NCBI GenBank assembly: GCA_019058295.1 | Contig: JAHPZI010000001.1 | Location: 124,786 to 184,149 of the forward strand | DNA from: Promethearchaeota archaeon | Lineage (GTDB): Archaea; Asgardarchaeota; Lokiarchaeia; Sigyniarchaeales; SOKP01 | Direction: 5' to 3' | DNA length: 59,364 nt | Part shown: piece by piece, positions 47,371 to 58,400 of the stretch | How the letters are laid out: each line of letters opens with the position of its first letter | Numbering within the stretch: the stretch's first letter is position 1 | Position numbers and translations under genes: made by a program | Notes under the pieces: model-generated | What the model saw: only the letters and a program-made list of their open reading frames with translations | Database searches by the model: none | What the model was told of the DNA's origin: nothing

Positions 47371-47640
47371 TCATATTGGATTCCAATCTTTATCTTCTAC
47401 TTTAACCTCATCTACGCTGTGAAGAGAGCAATTTAATTCTTCTAAAGTTTGAGTTATTATATCTAGTGACATTTCGTCTGTACCTTTTAAATTAACAAAT
47501 ATTGATGTTGTTTTTTGGTCAATCTCATCAACCCGAACAATGACGGATTTTACACCACTTATTTCTTTCAATGTTCGAGCAAGGAGATCATTACTAGGAT
47601 GATGGGGTTTTAAAATATCTAATGTGTACTCGATTATCAT
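47371..47640 (-). CDS. DUF211-family protein
   Basis: LDILKPHHP...EIDQKT...SLHSVDEV. Confidence 0.85.
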   Translation of the reverse strand: MIIEYTLDILKPHHPSNDLLARTLKEISGVKSVIVRVDEIDQKTTSIFVNLKGTDEMSLDIITQTLEELNCSLHSVDEVKVEDKDWNPI

Positions 47641-47729
47641 AATTTTTAGATTTTAAACCTTCTATAATATTTATGGGATATTTAAATTATAGTTATGCAA
47701 ATGTTATACAAATATTTAATCTTTTTTCG

Positions 47730-48428
47730 TTAAATCATAAATTTTTTAATTGCATCTATTAATTTTGAGGGTATCTCATCTTCTTTAATGACTTTATCAG
47801 CTTTCTGAAATATTTCCAAATTAGTCATTCTGGATATTTTGGTTTGTATGGCAACGGATCGGGCGCCTATATTGAGAGCTCCTTCAATATCACGAGAATT
47901 ATCTCCAATTACTAATATTTCTGAAGGAGAAACTTTCAAATTTTCACATATATATAAGAGATGATCTGGATGAGGCTTTGGATTTTTCACATTATCTCGC
48001 CCAACTATGAAGTTAAAATAATGCGCCAGTTTTACTTTTTCAAGCGATACTTTTGCGTTTTTATTAGTATTAAGCGTATATATCGCTTGTGCTAAATTCT
48101 CTTTACTCGCAAATTCAAGAACTTGATCAATACCATTAATCATTGTTGCCATTTTGGCTGCTTTCAGCTCAATTTTACTAACTTCTCCATTTATCTTTTT
48201 TATAATTTTTTCAATCTTTTGAGTGTTGTACCCCATAGATTTAAATATATCCCTTGAAGTCGAAACGTTCTCGAAAATTGATTTTTTAATTGTTAAATTA
48301 CTTTTTGAAATTCCATATTTTTTTAGAATTTTGATGGCAGCTCGTCGTGCTCTTATAAAATCTATTTTAAAGTGGATAATTGTTCCATCTAAATCCCATA
48401 TGATTGCTTTAATAGGTTTAATCTTCAT
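47730..48428 (-). CDS. HAD-superfamily hydrolase (phosphoglycolate phosphatase-like)
   Basis: WDLDGTI, KPHPD and IGDNSRD. Confidence 0.9.
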   Translation of the reverse strand: MKIKPIKAIIWDLDGTIIHFKIDFIRARRAAIKILKKYGISKSNLTIKKSIFENVSTSRDIFKSMGYNTQKIEKIIKKINGEVSKIELKAAKMATMINGIDQVLEFASKENLAQAIYTLNTNKNAKVSLEKVKLAHYFNFIVGRDNVKNPKPHPDHLLYICENLKVSPSEILVIGDNSRDIEGALNIGARSVAIQTKISRMTNLEIFQKADKVIKEDEIPSKLIDAIKKFMI

Positions 48429-49001
48429 TTAGAATACCAGATCTGAATATATGGGTCCCTTAGGCGTGAGAACTGATTTTTTTAATTTCACTTCTCTTAT
48501 ATTGAACGACCCGAATTCAAGATTTTTATTATCGTTTAATAGGTTCTTAAAGCTATCAAAGTTTTTATAATTAATTTTGTTAGGTTTTAATCTACCTATA
48601 GTTAAATGTGGGGTGATTTTACTTCTTTTATCTCTTTCAATTTTTAATTGCTGATTTAGGATTGATTCCACATTGTCTTTAATATCTTGTAGAAATTCTA
48701 AATTGCCTATTAATTTAATCCAAATTACCGAATATTTTCTAAATTGTCCCGTTCCTTTTAATTTAAATTCATAGGTTTTATCTTGAAACATTTTCTCATT
48801 GATTTCTTCTGTTAAAATTTTATAAATTTTTGGAGCTAAAGATTCTTTGATGTTTCCTAAAAATTTAACCGTCATGTGAAGATTTTGAGGTTCTACTAGC
48901 TTCAAATTTGGTTGATTGTTTTTCAATCTTTTTCCGTAGGATTGAATTTTGTCTTTAGTTTCCTGATCATTTAATTCTAAAGCAATAAAACTTCTAATCA
49001 T
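48429..49001 (-). CDS. thpR: RNA 2',3'-cyclic phosphodiesterase (2H phosphoesterase, LigT-like)
   Basis: MIRSFIAL, HMTVKFLG, PHLTIGR and SVLTPKGPIY. Confidence 0.92.
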   Translation of the reverse strand: MIRSFIALELNDQETKDKIQSYGKRLKNNQPNLKLVEPQNLHMTVKFLGNIKESLAPKIYKILTEEINEKMFQDKTYEFKLKGTGQFRKYSVIWIKLIGNLEFLQDIKDNVESILNQQLKIERDKRSKITPHLTIGRLKPNKINYKNFDSFKNLLNDNKNLEFGSFNIREVKLKKSVLTPKGPIYSDLVF

Positions 49002-49033
49002 AATTTAACCTCTATTAATTTCAATCTTGCACC

Positions 49034-49984
49034 TTATTTAAGCTGTTTATCAATGTAGGGTTTAGTCGTTTCAACATAGTATGCCTCTCCATGTTTATTA
49101 AACACCTGCCAAGCTTGATCTAATTGTTTTGGCATATCGGGAATCCAAAACCGATCTGGAATGGATTCGGAGGGATTCCATTTTTTTGTAAGATCAATAT
49201 TAGTTATAATGACTCCTTCACCATCCTTTTGCTTCAAACGTGCGAGTATTTTTCCACTACCATCCACAATTTGAGTTTCTCCAAGGTAATAAGATTTATA
49301 CGGAATATCCGGCATCAATGGGGTTTCACCTTCGAAATCTCCAGCATGGGCAGCATGAACTACGGGTACACCTAACATTCGAGCAAACTTAGCAGGGGTT
49401 TCTATCATCATTTCTAAAATGGTTTCACGAAGTTCTGGTTTATATCCTGGAAGGCGCGCTTCTGGTAATGTCCACCAGCAAGATCCACCTACCACTATAT
49501 CCACACGATTCAACAACCGCTTTGTCGTTCTGGTGCGAACAAATTCCCAACAAAGCGCGACGCCAACATTACCAACCTTCGTTTCAAGCACACCGTCATC
49601 TGTTCCTCCAATATAATAGCAATTTTCCCACATGGTTGGTTGATCTTTATCGTGAAAATACTTAACATCATCTGGAAAAGCCAATACAAAAGTATTATAA
49701 CTTTCTTCTCCCCGAAGAGCTATGAATGAACCACCAACAATTCCATTATATTTTTTTGCGAGTTGAACTAACAGTTGCATTGGTTTACCATTAATAGGTT
49801 GGGCGACATCTAACATTTTAGAATGAAAACCCATTGCGCTAGTGAAAAATTCGGGTAAAATTACTAATTCAGCTCCATCTTCAAATGCTTCACTAGCAAG
49901 TCGCTTAGCAATTTCAATATTGGCTTCTACGTTTGCAAATTTCGCTTTCATTTGGATCGCAGCTACTTTCATATTATATACCAT
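49034..49984 (-). CDS. carbon-nitrogen hydrolase (nitrilase superfamily)
   Basis: LPEFF, HDK and LCWE catalytic E-K-C triad. Confidence 0.9.
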   Translation of the reverse strand: MVYNMKVAAIQMKAKFANVEANIEIAKRLASEAFEDGAELVILPEFFTSAMGFHSKMLDVAQPINGKPMQLLVQLAKKYNGIVGGSFIALRGEESYNTFVLAFPDDVKYFHDKDQPTMWENCYYIGGTDDGVLETKVGNVGVALCWEFVRTRTTKRLLNRVDIVVGGSCWWTLPEARLPGYKPELRETILEMMIETPAKFARMLGVPVVHAAHAGDFEGETPLMPDIPYKSYYLGETQIVDGSGKILARLKQKDGEGVIITNIDLTKKWNPSESIPDRFWIPDMPKQLDQAWQVFNKHGEAYYVETTKPYIDKQLK

Positions 49985-50261
49985 CCATTTCTAGGTTTCT
50001 TCAATATTATCTTTCAGTTTTTAGCGGAAGATAAAAATCGTATTCTCTATGTAATAATTTTGTTTTAATTTATCTATCAATTAATATATTAAAGTTAACT
50101 TAAAATTTAATAAAATTCACTTAATATCAAAAGACGTCATATAAAGATTATATTAAAATATTTATAAAGATAAAAGTGAATATAATATTACGATACAATC
50201 TTTAAATCAAATTGTTTCAGATTTTTTAACAAATAAAAAATAAATTCTTTCGGTTTTAAAT

Positions 50262-51647
50262 ATGAGTGAAGAAAAAAAACCAAACACAATAGCCTTTAGT
50301 ACGGCTTCAAGCTTAGATCAATTTGCATATCAATCATTTACATTTTTAATATTTACTTTTTATTTTACCATCGTGGGAATCAATGTAATCTTAATTTTTA
50401 TTGCATTTGTCATTTGGTCAGTCTGGAACGCATTAAACGACCCTATTTTAGGATCTCTTTCAGACCGTACCCATACGAGATGGGGGCGTCGTATTCCTTG
50501 GATTATGGCTTCAATAATTCCTTTAGGAGTGATCATGATTTTATTATACACTCCACCAATTAGCTTGGGAATTAATGACCAGATGACGAATTTTGTTTAT
50601 TTTCTAATGATTATCATTATTTTTGAATTCTTTTATACAATGTTTTCTATTAACCAAACAAGCCTATTTCCCGAAATGTTTATAGAGAAAGATGAGAGGG
50701 GTAAAGTAAATGTTTTTAGGCAAATTTTCATTGTGATTGGTCTGATTGCTGCATTCATTCTCCCAACTTTATTCATCCCGGATTTAACAGATAAAAGATA
50801 CTTACCAAATTACTGGATTTTTTCTATAGTTGCATGTACAATCATTATTAGTATGGGGTTTATATTTTTAAAATGGGGTGTTCATGAAAAAGAAGAATTT
50901 AGGGACGATTACAAAGATATGCCAGGATTTTTAGAATCACTTAAAATTTGCGTGAAAAACAAAAGTTTCTTATGGCCAGCTTTCTCACTTATTATGGTGT
51001 GGTTTGTGTTCGGGATGGTCCCTGTAATAATTCCACTTTACGGGAAATTCGTATTAGGTATTGAAAATTCAATATATATATCATTAATGTTAGCACTTGC
51101 ATTTATATCAGCAGCGATCTTTGTAAATGTATGGCGAATAATTGCTCAAAAGTTAGGTGTGAGAAAAGCTTGGATGTGCTCAATGTTAATTTGGATAATT
51201 ACAATGATTCCTTTAATGTTTATTTCGAAAGGCGACATGATACTTGCATTCCTTATTTTTTTTCTAATAGGAATTGGATTTGCTGGTGCTTTACTTCTAA
51301 GAGATTTAATGTGGGCTGATGTTATTGACGAAGATGAAATTAAAACAGGAGTGCGTAGAGAAGCAGCCTATTATGGAGTAAATGCTCTATTTATGCGATT
51401 GTCAACGATATTGGTATTTCTTGCAATTAGTCTCGTATTTTCCACAACTGGCTGGGGACAGTACACCCCAAATCCTGGAGCTGATGTAATATTTGGATTA
51501 AGAATTTTAATGGTTATTTTTCCAATAATCGCATTAGGAATTGCAATCTTTGGTTTTTATATGTATCCATTACACGGCGAAAGATTGGAAAAAGTAAAAG
51601 AAGCACAGAGAAAACTTCACGAAAGGAAAAAAAGAAATGTAAGATAA
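50262..51647 (+). CDS. MFS transporter, glycoside-pentoside-hexuronide (GPH) family
   Basis: NDPILGSLSDRTHTRWGRRIPW and DVIDEDEIKTGVRRE; ~12 TM segments. Confidence 0.92.
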   Translation: MSEEKKPNTIAFSTASSLDQFAYQSFTFLIFTFYFTIVGINVILIFIAFVIWSVWNALNDPILGSLSDRTHTRWGRRIPWIMASIIPLGVIMILLYTPPISLGINDQMTNFVYFLMIIIIFEFFYTMFSINQTSLFPEMFIEKDERGKVNVFRQIFIVIGLIAAFILPTLFIPDLTDKRYLPNYWIFSIVACTIIISMGFIFLKWGVHEKEEFRDDYKDMPGFLESLKICVKNKSFLWPAFSLIMVWFVFGMVPVIIPLYGKFVLGIENSIYISLMLALAFISAAIFVNVWRIIAQKLGVRKAWMCSMLIWIITMIPLMFISKGDMILAFLIFFLIGIGFAGALLLRDLMWADVIDEDEIKTGVRREAAYYGVNALFMRLSTILVFLAISLVFSTTGWGQYTPNPGADVIFGLRILMVIFPIIALGIAIFGFYMYPLHGERLEKVKEAQRKLHERKKRNVR

Positions 51648-51688
51648 AATAATTTATCTTTTTTTTTATTTTTGAAATGATTATTTTA

Positions 51689-52411
51689 TTATTCTTCAGC
51701 TGGTTTAAAGCCTAGGTATGTAAATAAAAATGCTGGAATCATTAGGAATCGAACAATAAATAAAAGATCTTGATACATGGCACCTGTAATAATCACAGTA
51801 TCAAGCAGGATGACGCTACCTATTATTGGAGTACTTAGAATAATCCAAATCGCTCTTTTTCGCAATTCACCAGTTACAGCTTTAAAAAATCTTAATATAC
51901 CGATAGCAAAGATTATAGTAATACCTAAAACAAGAGCATATACTAAATAATAAGGGACTCCCTTAGATGAGAGCCAATCATCTAAAACCTCGCCCTTTGG
52001 GACAGGAGGACATACTACTGCTGTAGTAAATGTCGCATATAATATTATATAATAGAAAATACTAAATATCCCTACCGCTATTAATACATGTTTTTTGTAT
52101 TTAGGAGGCATTAACATTGTCCATGCTATACTTAAGACTGCCATAGAACCAATGGGTATTGTGGAATAAGAAAATAGAGGTATAACCCTATTTAGCCCTT
52201 CGGCATTGTCCCCGGAGAATAATACAGACAAAAATGATATTGTAATTCCCATCCAACCTAATGCACAAGCAAAACCTAAAACAGCACCATTGAGGTATAA
52301 CGAATTTTTTGTCTTCTTATAATTATACAAGAAATATAGACCATAGATAAAAGCAGAGCAAACAAGAGCTAAAGCGCTAAATCCATTAATCCAAGAGATA
52401 GTTGAAGTCAT
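51689..52411 (-). CDS. orphan 7TM membrane protein (same family as 24970/25823)
   Basis: Seven TM segments; SWINGF, TGELRKR and LDT...FIVRF...GFKP. Confidence 0.75.
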   Translation of the reverse strand: MTSTISWINGFSALALVCSAFIYGLYFLYNYKKTKNSLYLNGAVLGFACALGWMGITISFLSVLFSGDNAEGLNRVIPLFSYSTIPIGSMAVLSIAWTMLMPPKYKKHVLIAVGIFSIFYYIILYATFTTAVVCPPVPKGEVLDDWLSSKGVPYYLVYALVLGITIIFAIGILRFFKAVTGELRKRAIWIILSTPIIGSVILLDTVIITGAMYQDLLFIVRFLMIPAFLFTYLGFKPAEE

Positions 52412-52602
52412 AATTTAAACACAAAGAATTTTTTAATTTTTATTAAAAATTATTATTTCTTTTCTTATTTAAAACTATTCCCCAGCAATTAATAAAAACT
52501 AATAATAGATTTATTTTATTAAAATTTTGAAATTATGGAAAACAATTAGAATACGATTTAAAAATAAAATAAATAAAAAGAAAGAAAAAACAATCTATTA
52601 AT

Positions 52603-53400
52603 CTAAAACTCGTAACCACACTTTTTACAAACATTCTTTTTAGCATACATTGGAATATGTCCAACATAGCTTAAAATCTTAGTTTTATCTTCTTGCTGTT
52701 TAATATCTCCGCCAACAGCTCCACACATAGGGCAAGTGACTCGCTCCTCACTGCTGAACCCTCCAGCGCCAATTTCAGGAGGTTTGAATTCGCTTAATTC
52801 AGTTTCAACTTCTGTAAGCTTGGCAGTTGTTTCCTCAATTGCTTGTTCTTTTTCTTCAATTAAAGATGCTTTTTCTTCAATTTGAGCATCTTTTTCTTGA
52901 ATTTGAGCCTCTTTTTCTTGAATTTGAGCCTCTTTTTCTTGAATTTGAGCCTCTTTTTCTGCGATAGTATTATTTAATCCTTCAATTTGACCCTCTAAAC
53001 TAGAAATCTTTTCTTGTAACTCACTTTTCGCTTGATTAGCAGCTTCTAAATCAGAAGTTAATGTACTAATTTGTTCTTCCTTATCTGATAATGTATTATT
53101 AGCCTCGTTTGATTGTCCTTCTAAATCTGAAATTTTCTGTTTTAAATCATTAATTTCAGAAGTAGATTTGTTGATATTATCTTCTTTTTCTTTTGATTCT
53201 TTTTCCAACTCAGCTTTAGTTTTATTTAATTCTTCAGTAGTAGAAGTAAGGTTTTGTTCAGTTTGTCCTAATTTATTTTTTGTTTCAGTTAATTCTCTTT
53301 CGAGATCATTAACCTTAGCTCTAAGGTCGAGAAGGAATCTACCCTCAACTTTTTGCCCTTTACTAGGAGATTCTTCGGCTTTAACCCAATCAATTCCCAT
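52603..53400 (-). CDS. long coiled-coil protein with C-terminal zinc ribbon
   Basis: ~180-aa heptad run, then CPMC...CKKCGYEF. Confidence 0.85.
   Translation of the reverse strand: MGIDWVKAEESPSKGQKVEGRFLLDLRAKVNDLERELTETKNKLGQTEQNLTSTTEELNKTKAELEKESKEKEDNINKSTSEINDLKQKISDLEGQSNEANNTLSDKEEQISTLTSDLEAANQAKSELQEKISSLEGQIEGLNNTIAEKEAQIQEKEAQIQEKEAQIQEKDAQIEEKASLIEEKEQAIEETTAKLTEVETELSEFKPPEIGAGGFSSEERVTCPMCGAVGGDIKQQEDKTKILSYVGHIPMYAKKNVCKKCGYEF
52870..52960. repeat. 21-bp tandem repeat (~4.3 copies) encoding the heptad QEKEAQI
   Basis: TTTTTCTTGAATTTGAGCCTC x3 exact (52891-52953), plus one degenerate and one partial copy. Confidence 0.92.
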
Positions 53401-53638
53401 TATTTTTCACTATATTAATTTAATTTTTTTAATTGTTAAATGAATTATTTTTTAATAATTTATTCATTAAAGATGGTTAAATCCTAAGCTAATTTTTATC
53501 TTAGATATAAGATAATTCAGCCAGACATTTCTAATGAAATTATATTATAAAGTATTATTATTACATATAAAACAATATATATTTATTCTTTTCTGATCTA
53601 GTTTATAAACAAATTTAAAAAAAAATGAGTTAAATTCC

Positions 53639-54481
53639 ATGGATAATGAAAAGGAGTCGTTCAAAATTGACTTTTTATCAACTTCAGGAGTTTATAAAAC
53701 ACCCTTTACGTTAATAATTTTTGTCCAATTATTCATTGGGGGAATAATTTTAATTATTATAAATCTTTGGTTCATGAATAGTCTATATTTTCTCTTGACT
53801 GGGAATGAATTTTATGCGTTTGGAATTGAAGGGGAATGGTATTTTTGGCTTTTGCTCCCTTTAAGTATTTATGGTAATATTTTTTTATTTGCGGTTTCAA
53901 TATTTATTTTCAGCGCAGGTATTCTCAAATTGCTTAATAAACTCCATCCTCCAAGAGAAGGTGTTTTTGAGAAAGGTAGTAAAGATTGGAAATATATGCA
54001 TAGAAGATTTTGGATAGCTTATTTTCCAATATGGCTTGCAAGAGCGCTCCCATTACCGTGGGCAGATATTTTTGTGTATAGATTGTTTGGAGTTCGTATT
54101 GGTAAAAATGTAGTTGCATATGAGGGGTACATTGATCCGGAGTTTGTGGAAATTGGTGATTTTACAATGACTTCTATCAATATTTGTATTTTTTCTCATT
54201 TAATTTACCACAATAAATTAATAATTAAAAAAGTAAAAATTGGGAATGAATGTATCATAGGCCCCCAATCAATAATATCCCCTGGAACTATTATGCAAGA
54301 CAGAGCAGTATTAGGAGCAAATAGCTACACAAATATAGGTCAAGAATTAAACAGCGACTTAATTCATGTTGGTACACCTGTAAGTATAAACTTTCCAATA
54401 CAGACGTTAGAAGAATCAATAGAAAAAGTTGACGCAATAAAAAAAAAGGATTCCAATATAAATAAAGGAGATGTAAATTAA
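53639..54481 (+). CDS. membrane-anchored hexapeptide-repeat (LbH) acyltransferase-like protein
   Basis: Two TM helices, YRLFGVRIGKNV and KVKIGNECIIG...GTP. Confidence 0.8.
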   Translation: MDNEKESFKIDFLSTSGVYKTPFTLIIFVQLFIGGIILIIINLWFMNSLYFLLTGNEFYAFGIEGEWYFWLLLPLSIYGNIFLFAVSIFIFSAGILKLLNKLHPPREGVFEKGSKDWKYMHRRFWIAYFPIWLARALPLPWADIFVYRLFGVRIGKNVVAYEGYIDPEFVEIGDFTMTSINICIFSHLIYHNKLIIKKVKIGNECIIGPQSIISPGTIMQDRAVLGANSYTNIGQELNSDLIHVGTPVSINFPIQTLEESIEKVDAIKKKDSNINKGDVN

Positions 54482-54484
54482 GAG

Positions 54485-55219
54485 ATGTTTCAACCAGCAA
54501 GTTTAAAAGGAGATTCTCCAACTCCAATAGACGAGAGAATTCGCAAAAAATATCTTATTTTATATATTTTAATAATTCTTCTTAGTTTTATACCATGTTC
54601 GTTATTTGAATATTTTTATATTACATATTTTTGGAAAGAGGGAAATTACTGGTTGTTTTTTTTATTATTACCAATTAATATATTAATTCTAGCTTACATC
54701 CTTCAGTTAAGTGCAATATTATTCTCATTCTTATTCCTCACAATCTTAAGATTATTACACAAACCAAAAGAGGGAAAATTCAACCGAGATATTAAAGATA
54801 AAGATTATTTATATTGGAACTTAAGAAATCTAGTTAAAAAATGGCCTTTATTTATCACTGCTTCAATTCCTTTTCCGTGGCTTAAAAATAGGTTTACTCT
54901 AAGATTCTTTGGTACGAAAATAGGTAAAAAATGTATCTGTGATAATAGTTGGATTTCTTCTGAATTTGTGTCAATTGGTAAAAATGTTATCATTGGAATG
55001 GGCACTACAATTTTGAGTTTTGGAATCGAACAAGATAATTTTATCCTACAAAAAATCATTATAGAAGATAATGCATTGATTGGTGCGAAATGTTCAGTCA
55101 TGTACGGATCAACCATAAAGGAAGGTGTGAAATTATCTGCACATTCATTCACAAATCCCTACCAAGTGTTAGAAAAAGATTTAATTTATATTGGACATCC
55201 CGCAAAATTAAAATCCTAA
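54485..55219 (+). CDS. membrane-anchored LbH acyltransferase-like protein, paralogue
   Basis: Two TM helices, PKEG, LRFFGTKIGK, IEDNALIG and YIGHPA. Confidence 0.8.
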   Translation: MFQPASLKGDSPTPIDERIRKKYLILYILIILLSFIPCSLFEYFYITYFWKEGNYWLFFLLLPINILILAYILQLSAILFSFLFLTILRLLHKPKEGKFNRDIKDKDYLYWNLRNLVKKWPLFITASIPFPWLKNRFTLRFFGTKIGKKCICDNSWISSEFVSIGKNVIIGMGTTILSFGIEQDNFILQKIIIEDNALIGAKCSVMYGSTIKEGVKLSAHSFTNPYQVLEKDLIYIGHPAKLKS

Positions 55220-55250
55220 TTAATTAATATTATGAAAAATCACTATTAAA

Positions 55251-55356
55251 GGTGAGAATCTGAAATTGCTATAAAGAGCTTATGATGTTACTCACCATAA
55301 ACAAAAATTTCGCTCTTAAATTATGGAATATTCTCTTTAATGTCAGTGTTCCATAA
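55251..55356. other. two intergenic hairpins (candidate structured RNA)
   Basis: GGTGAG...CTCACC (55251-55296) and TTATGGAATA...TGTTCCATAA (55321-55356). Confidence 0.35.
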
Positions 55357-55484
55357 TAACCAATAGCCTAATTTTTAAAAATATTTAAATAAAACTATTC
55401 TTATCTTTATTTTATATATCGATATTGCCTTAATTTTTATTTAGTAAAAATTTTTATTAATTAATTTAGAAAGAGAAAATTAAG

Positions 55485-58400
55485 TTGCGCATTACAAAAC
55501 AAAAGAATATATTAAAAAAACGATTACTCGTCCTTTCAATTATTTTGTTTTGTAATTTATTTATTATAGGTTTGAATTCGATTAATTTTTCATCCATAGA
55601 AAGCAATGATAAGGATGACACAGATCTAACAAATAATGCGTTAAATACTCAAGATTTAGAATATGATGGACAGGATAATACTTATAGCGGTATAGGTGAT
55701 AGTTGGAATGTTACTCATTGGGCTAATAGAACCGATCAAAATATGGATTTAACTTTTAATGAAGGTTCGACAGATATTGCTGAAATGCCATTAGGAGGAA
55801 CATGGGAAGGGTATCAAATCGATGCTGAAATATATAATTTATATGACGAGAGAAATTGGTCTAATGGTACAATGTCTTATGGACCTGATGATGGTGACTA
55901 TTCCGCTAATGATGATGACACTACATATATTGCAAACCCTTATCAAAGCTGGGTTTTTACAGATGGAGATGGAGGTAGTAGTAATAATAATATGGCAGGA
56001 AATTATCTTGATTCCGGTTATGGACCTGCTGATGGACAAGATTCCCTTCAGTTGAGAATGGCTGGAAGTAGTGGTGGTGGATACTATAGATATGAACAAG
56101 GGGATTATTGTTCATGGGATTCAACCTTTAATATACCTCGAGGAAAAGTAACTGATAGTATATTACAATTCGATTATAATCCGAATCGTTTTGCTGATTT
56201 TAATTCTTGGGAGTTCTCTGTTTCAATTGGAACTAATAAAATCTATTCTATTGGTTCATATTCCCTAAGAAACATTGCTGGAGAAGGTAATTGGAACACC
56301 CTTTCGATCCCGATGGGATTATGGACAAACAGTACACCTGTCTTTTCAGACCCTGTACAGAGTCAAACTATCGATTTAATCTTCAGATTAGAATATATTG
56401 CTGCTTCTGCATCTTATTCTTCGGGTTTTTATCACATTGACTATCAAGAGGTCTTTATTGATAATGTGGAACTAATTACACAAGCAGAAGCTCTTCCATC
56501 TCAACTTCAATTAGAAATAAATGGAACAAGCGTTAGCAATAATGGTTATGGTCAAGGTTTTGCAAATCTAACTGGAAATTGGCAAACAGATAAAGTTTAT
56601 ACAGAATTCAGTTGTAATGATGTAGGATTACTAGGTAACTATCAAATTGATTTAGAAACTAATTTAAATATCTATGCTACAAATCCCGGGCCAGAAACTC
56701 TATATGAAACGAACACTGCTTCAGAAGGGACCTTATTTTCTGTAGAAAATAACTCCATAGTAGAATGGGATTTTTACTCTTATTTAGCTGTTCTAAATGA
56801 ATATGAAGAATCATCTATGAAAATTGAATTCCCAGTTGATGTAAACATTACTTGGGTTTCAGATCCTCAAGATCCCGGAGTTAACAAGCTAGATCAATGT
56901 GATAACACAACACAAGGAGTATTACTCATTCCCGTTAATACAATATCACCAACAGCGAATGGCTATTGGAGATTCAGAGCGAAATCGCCCAATTACTGCA
57001 ATCAATTGAATATATATAAGAATACAACAGTAATTCCGACTGGATCCGACTGGGCTTTAGACTCCACTTTCTTGAGCGGAGATTATATGAACATTACCTT
57101 ACAACTAGCAAATACAGCAGTCGTATCTAGCTATATAGATCAAACCCAAGCTCAATTAAATATAAGATTTCCAGACGATACCTTATGGACATCTCAAGCA
57201 CAAATTAAAACGGCAGATTCTACTGGTTTAGTACAATTTGATCTCATTCAAATCCCAGATGCCCCCCCAGACTATAAAGTTGGAGAGTATGAAATAATCC
57301 TTACTTGGAACAACTCTGTTTCAGACTTCGGTTTGAACGAGACGGGAATTATCGTAAAAAAGATTACCGTGAAACATAGCTCTACATTAACTCCAGTCCA
57401 ATCTTATTATGACGATGTGTTTGAAAATTCATTAATTGATTTAAAAGTTGAGTTAACTGATACCGTTAATAATTATCCTATTGAAAATGCAGAAGTATAT
57501 TGTAGAAATTTTACAAACGGTATTCAGTATTTTACTGATATTGGCGCTGGTTTTTATTTATTTGATAATTTTAATGTGAGCGGGGCAAGCCCTGGCAATA
57601 ATACATTAATTATAAATGCCACTTCTCCTTCATATACAGATAGTACTACAAATGTTACAATTGATATAATAAGGTATACCACCTTAACTGCAGAAGAATA
57701 TCCATACTTGCAAGCTCAATGGAATAAGAATTTTACAATCCATCTTAATTATACTGAAACAATATCTGGGGCTGGTATTATTACAACACCCACTAACAAT
57801 TGGCTAGGAGATACTCAAACAACCATGGTCGCGGCTGGAATTTATGAGATAGAATTTAATACGTCCGTTTATGAAGTAAATAAACTCTATTCGTTATTGA
57901 TAGATGTGGATGAGATAGGTTATGAATCGCAATCAATATTAATAAAGATTGAACTTTTGGAACGTCAAACATATATTAATGACATTTTCTTTGAGAGTGT
58001 AAATCACACAGAAGATAAATACATACAGATTAATTCTGGAGATCTTTTAAACATCACAGTATCATATAGAGACAATGAATCTAAAGAATTCATTAGTGGG
58101 GCAACGGTAAAAATAGTAGGAGGAGGTCTTGATAAACCCCTAAATGAAAGTCTAATTCATAATCATTACAATATAACTTTAAATTCTACTACAGATTTAA
58201 ATGTAGGAGTTACATTTTTATCGATAACCGCCCAAAAACAAAATTTTGCATTTGTTTCAGAATTAATAACAATCTATGTTGGTGAAATAGGATCTAATTA
58301 TAGTATATATGTGAATGGAACTGATAAGACTCGTAGTCCAGCATTATCAACGACTGTTGATAAAGATCTGGTAATTAATTTTATGTATAGAGAAACTGCT

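Noticed and set aside
48429-49001. thpR as a dedicated partner for splicing the rps11 insert
   Set aside because: It is 14 kb away in an unrelated gene run and widespread in archaea; archaeal intron ligation is done by RtcB.
55822-56099. Two short ORFs listed in the track at the window end
   Set aside because: Both lie inside the large surface-protein frame that starts at 55485.
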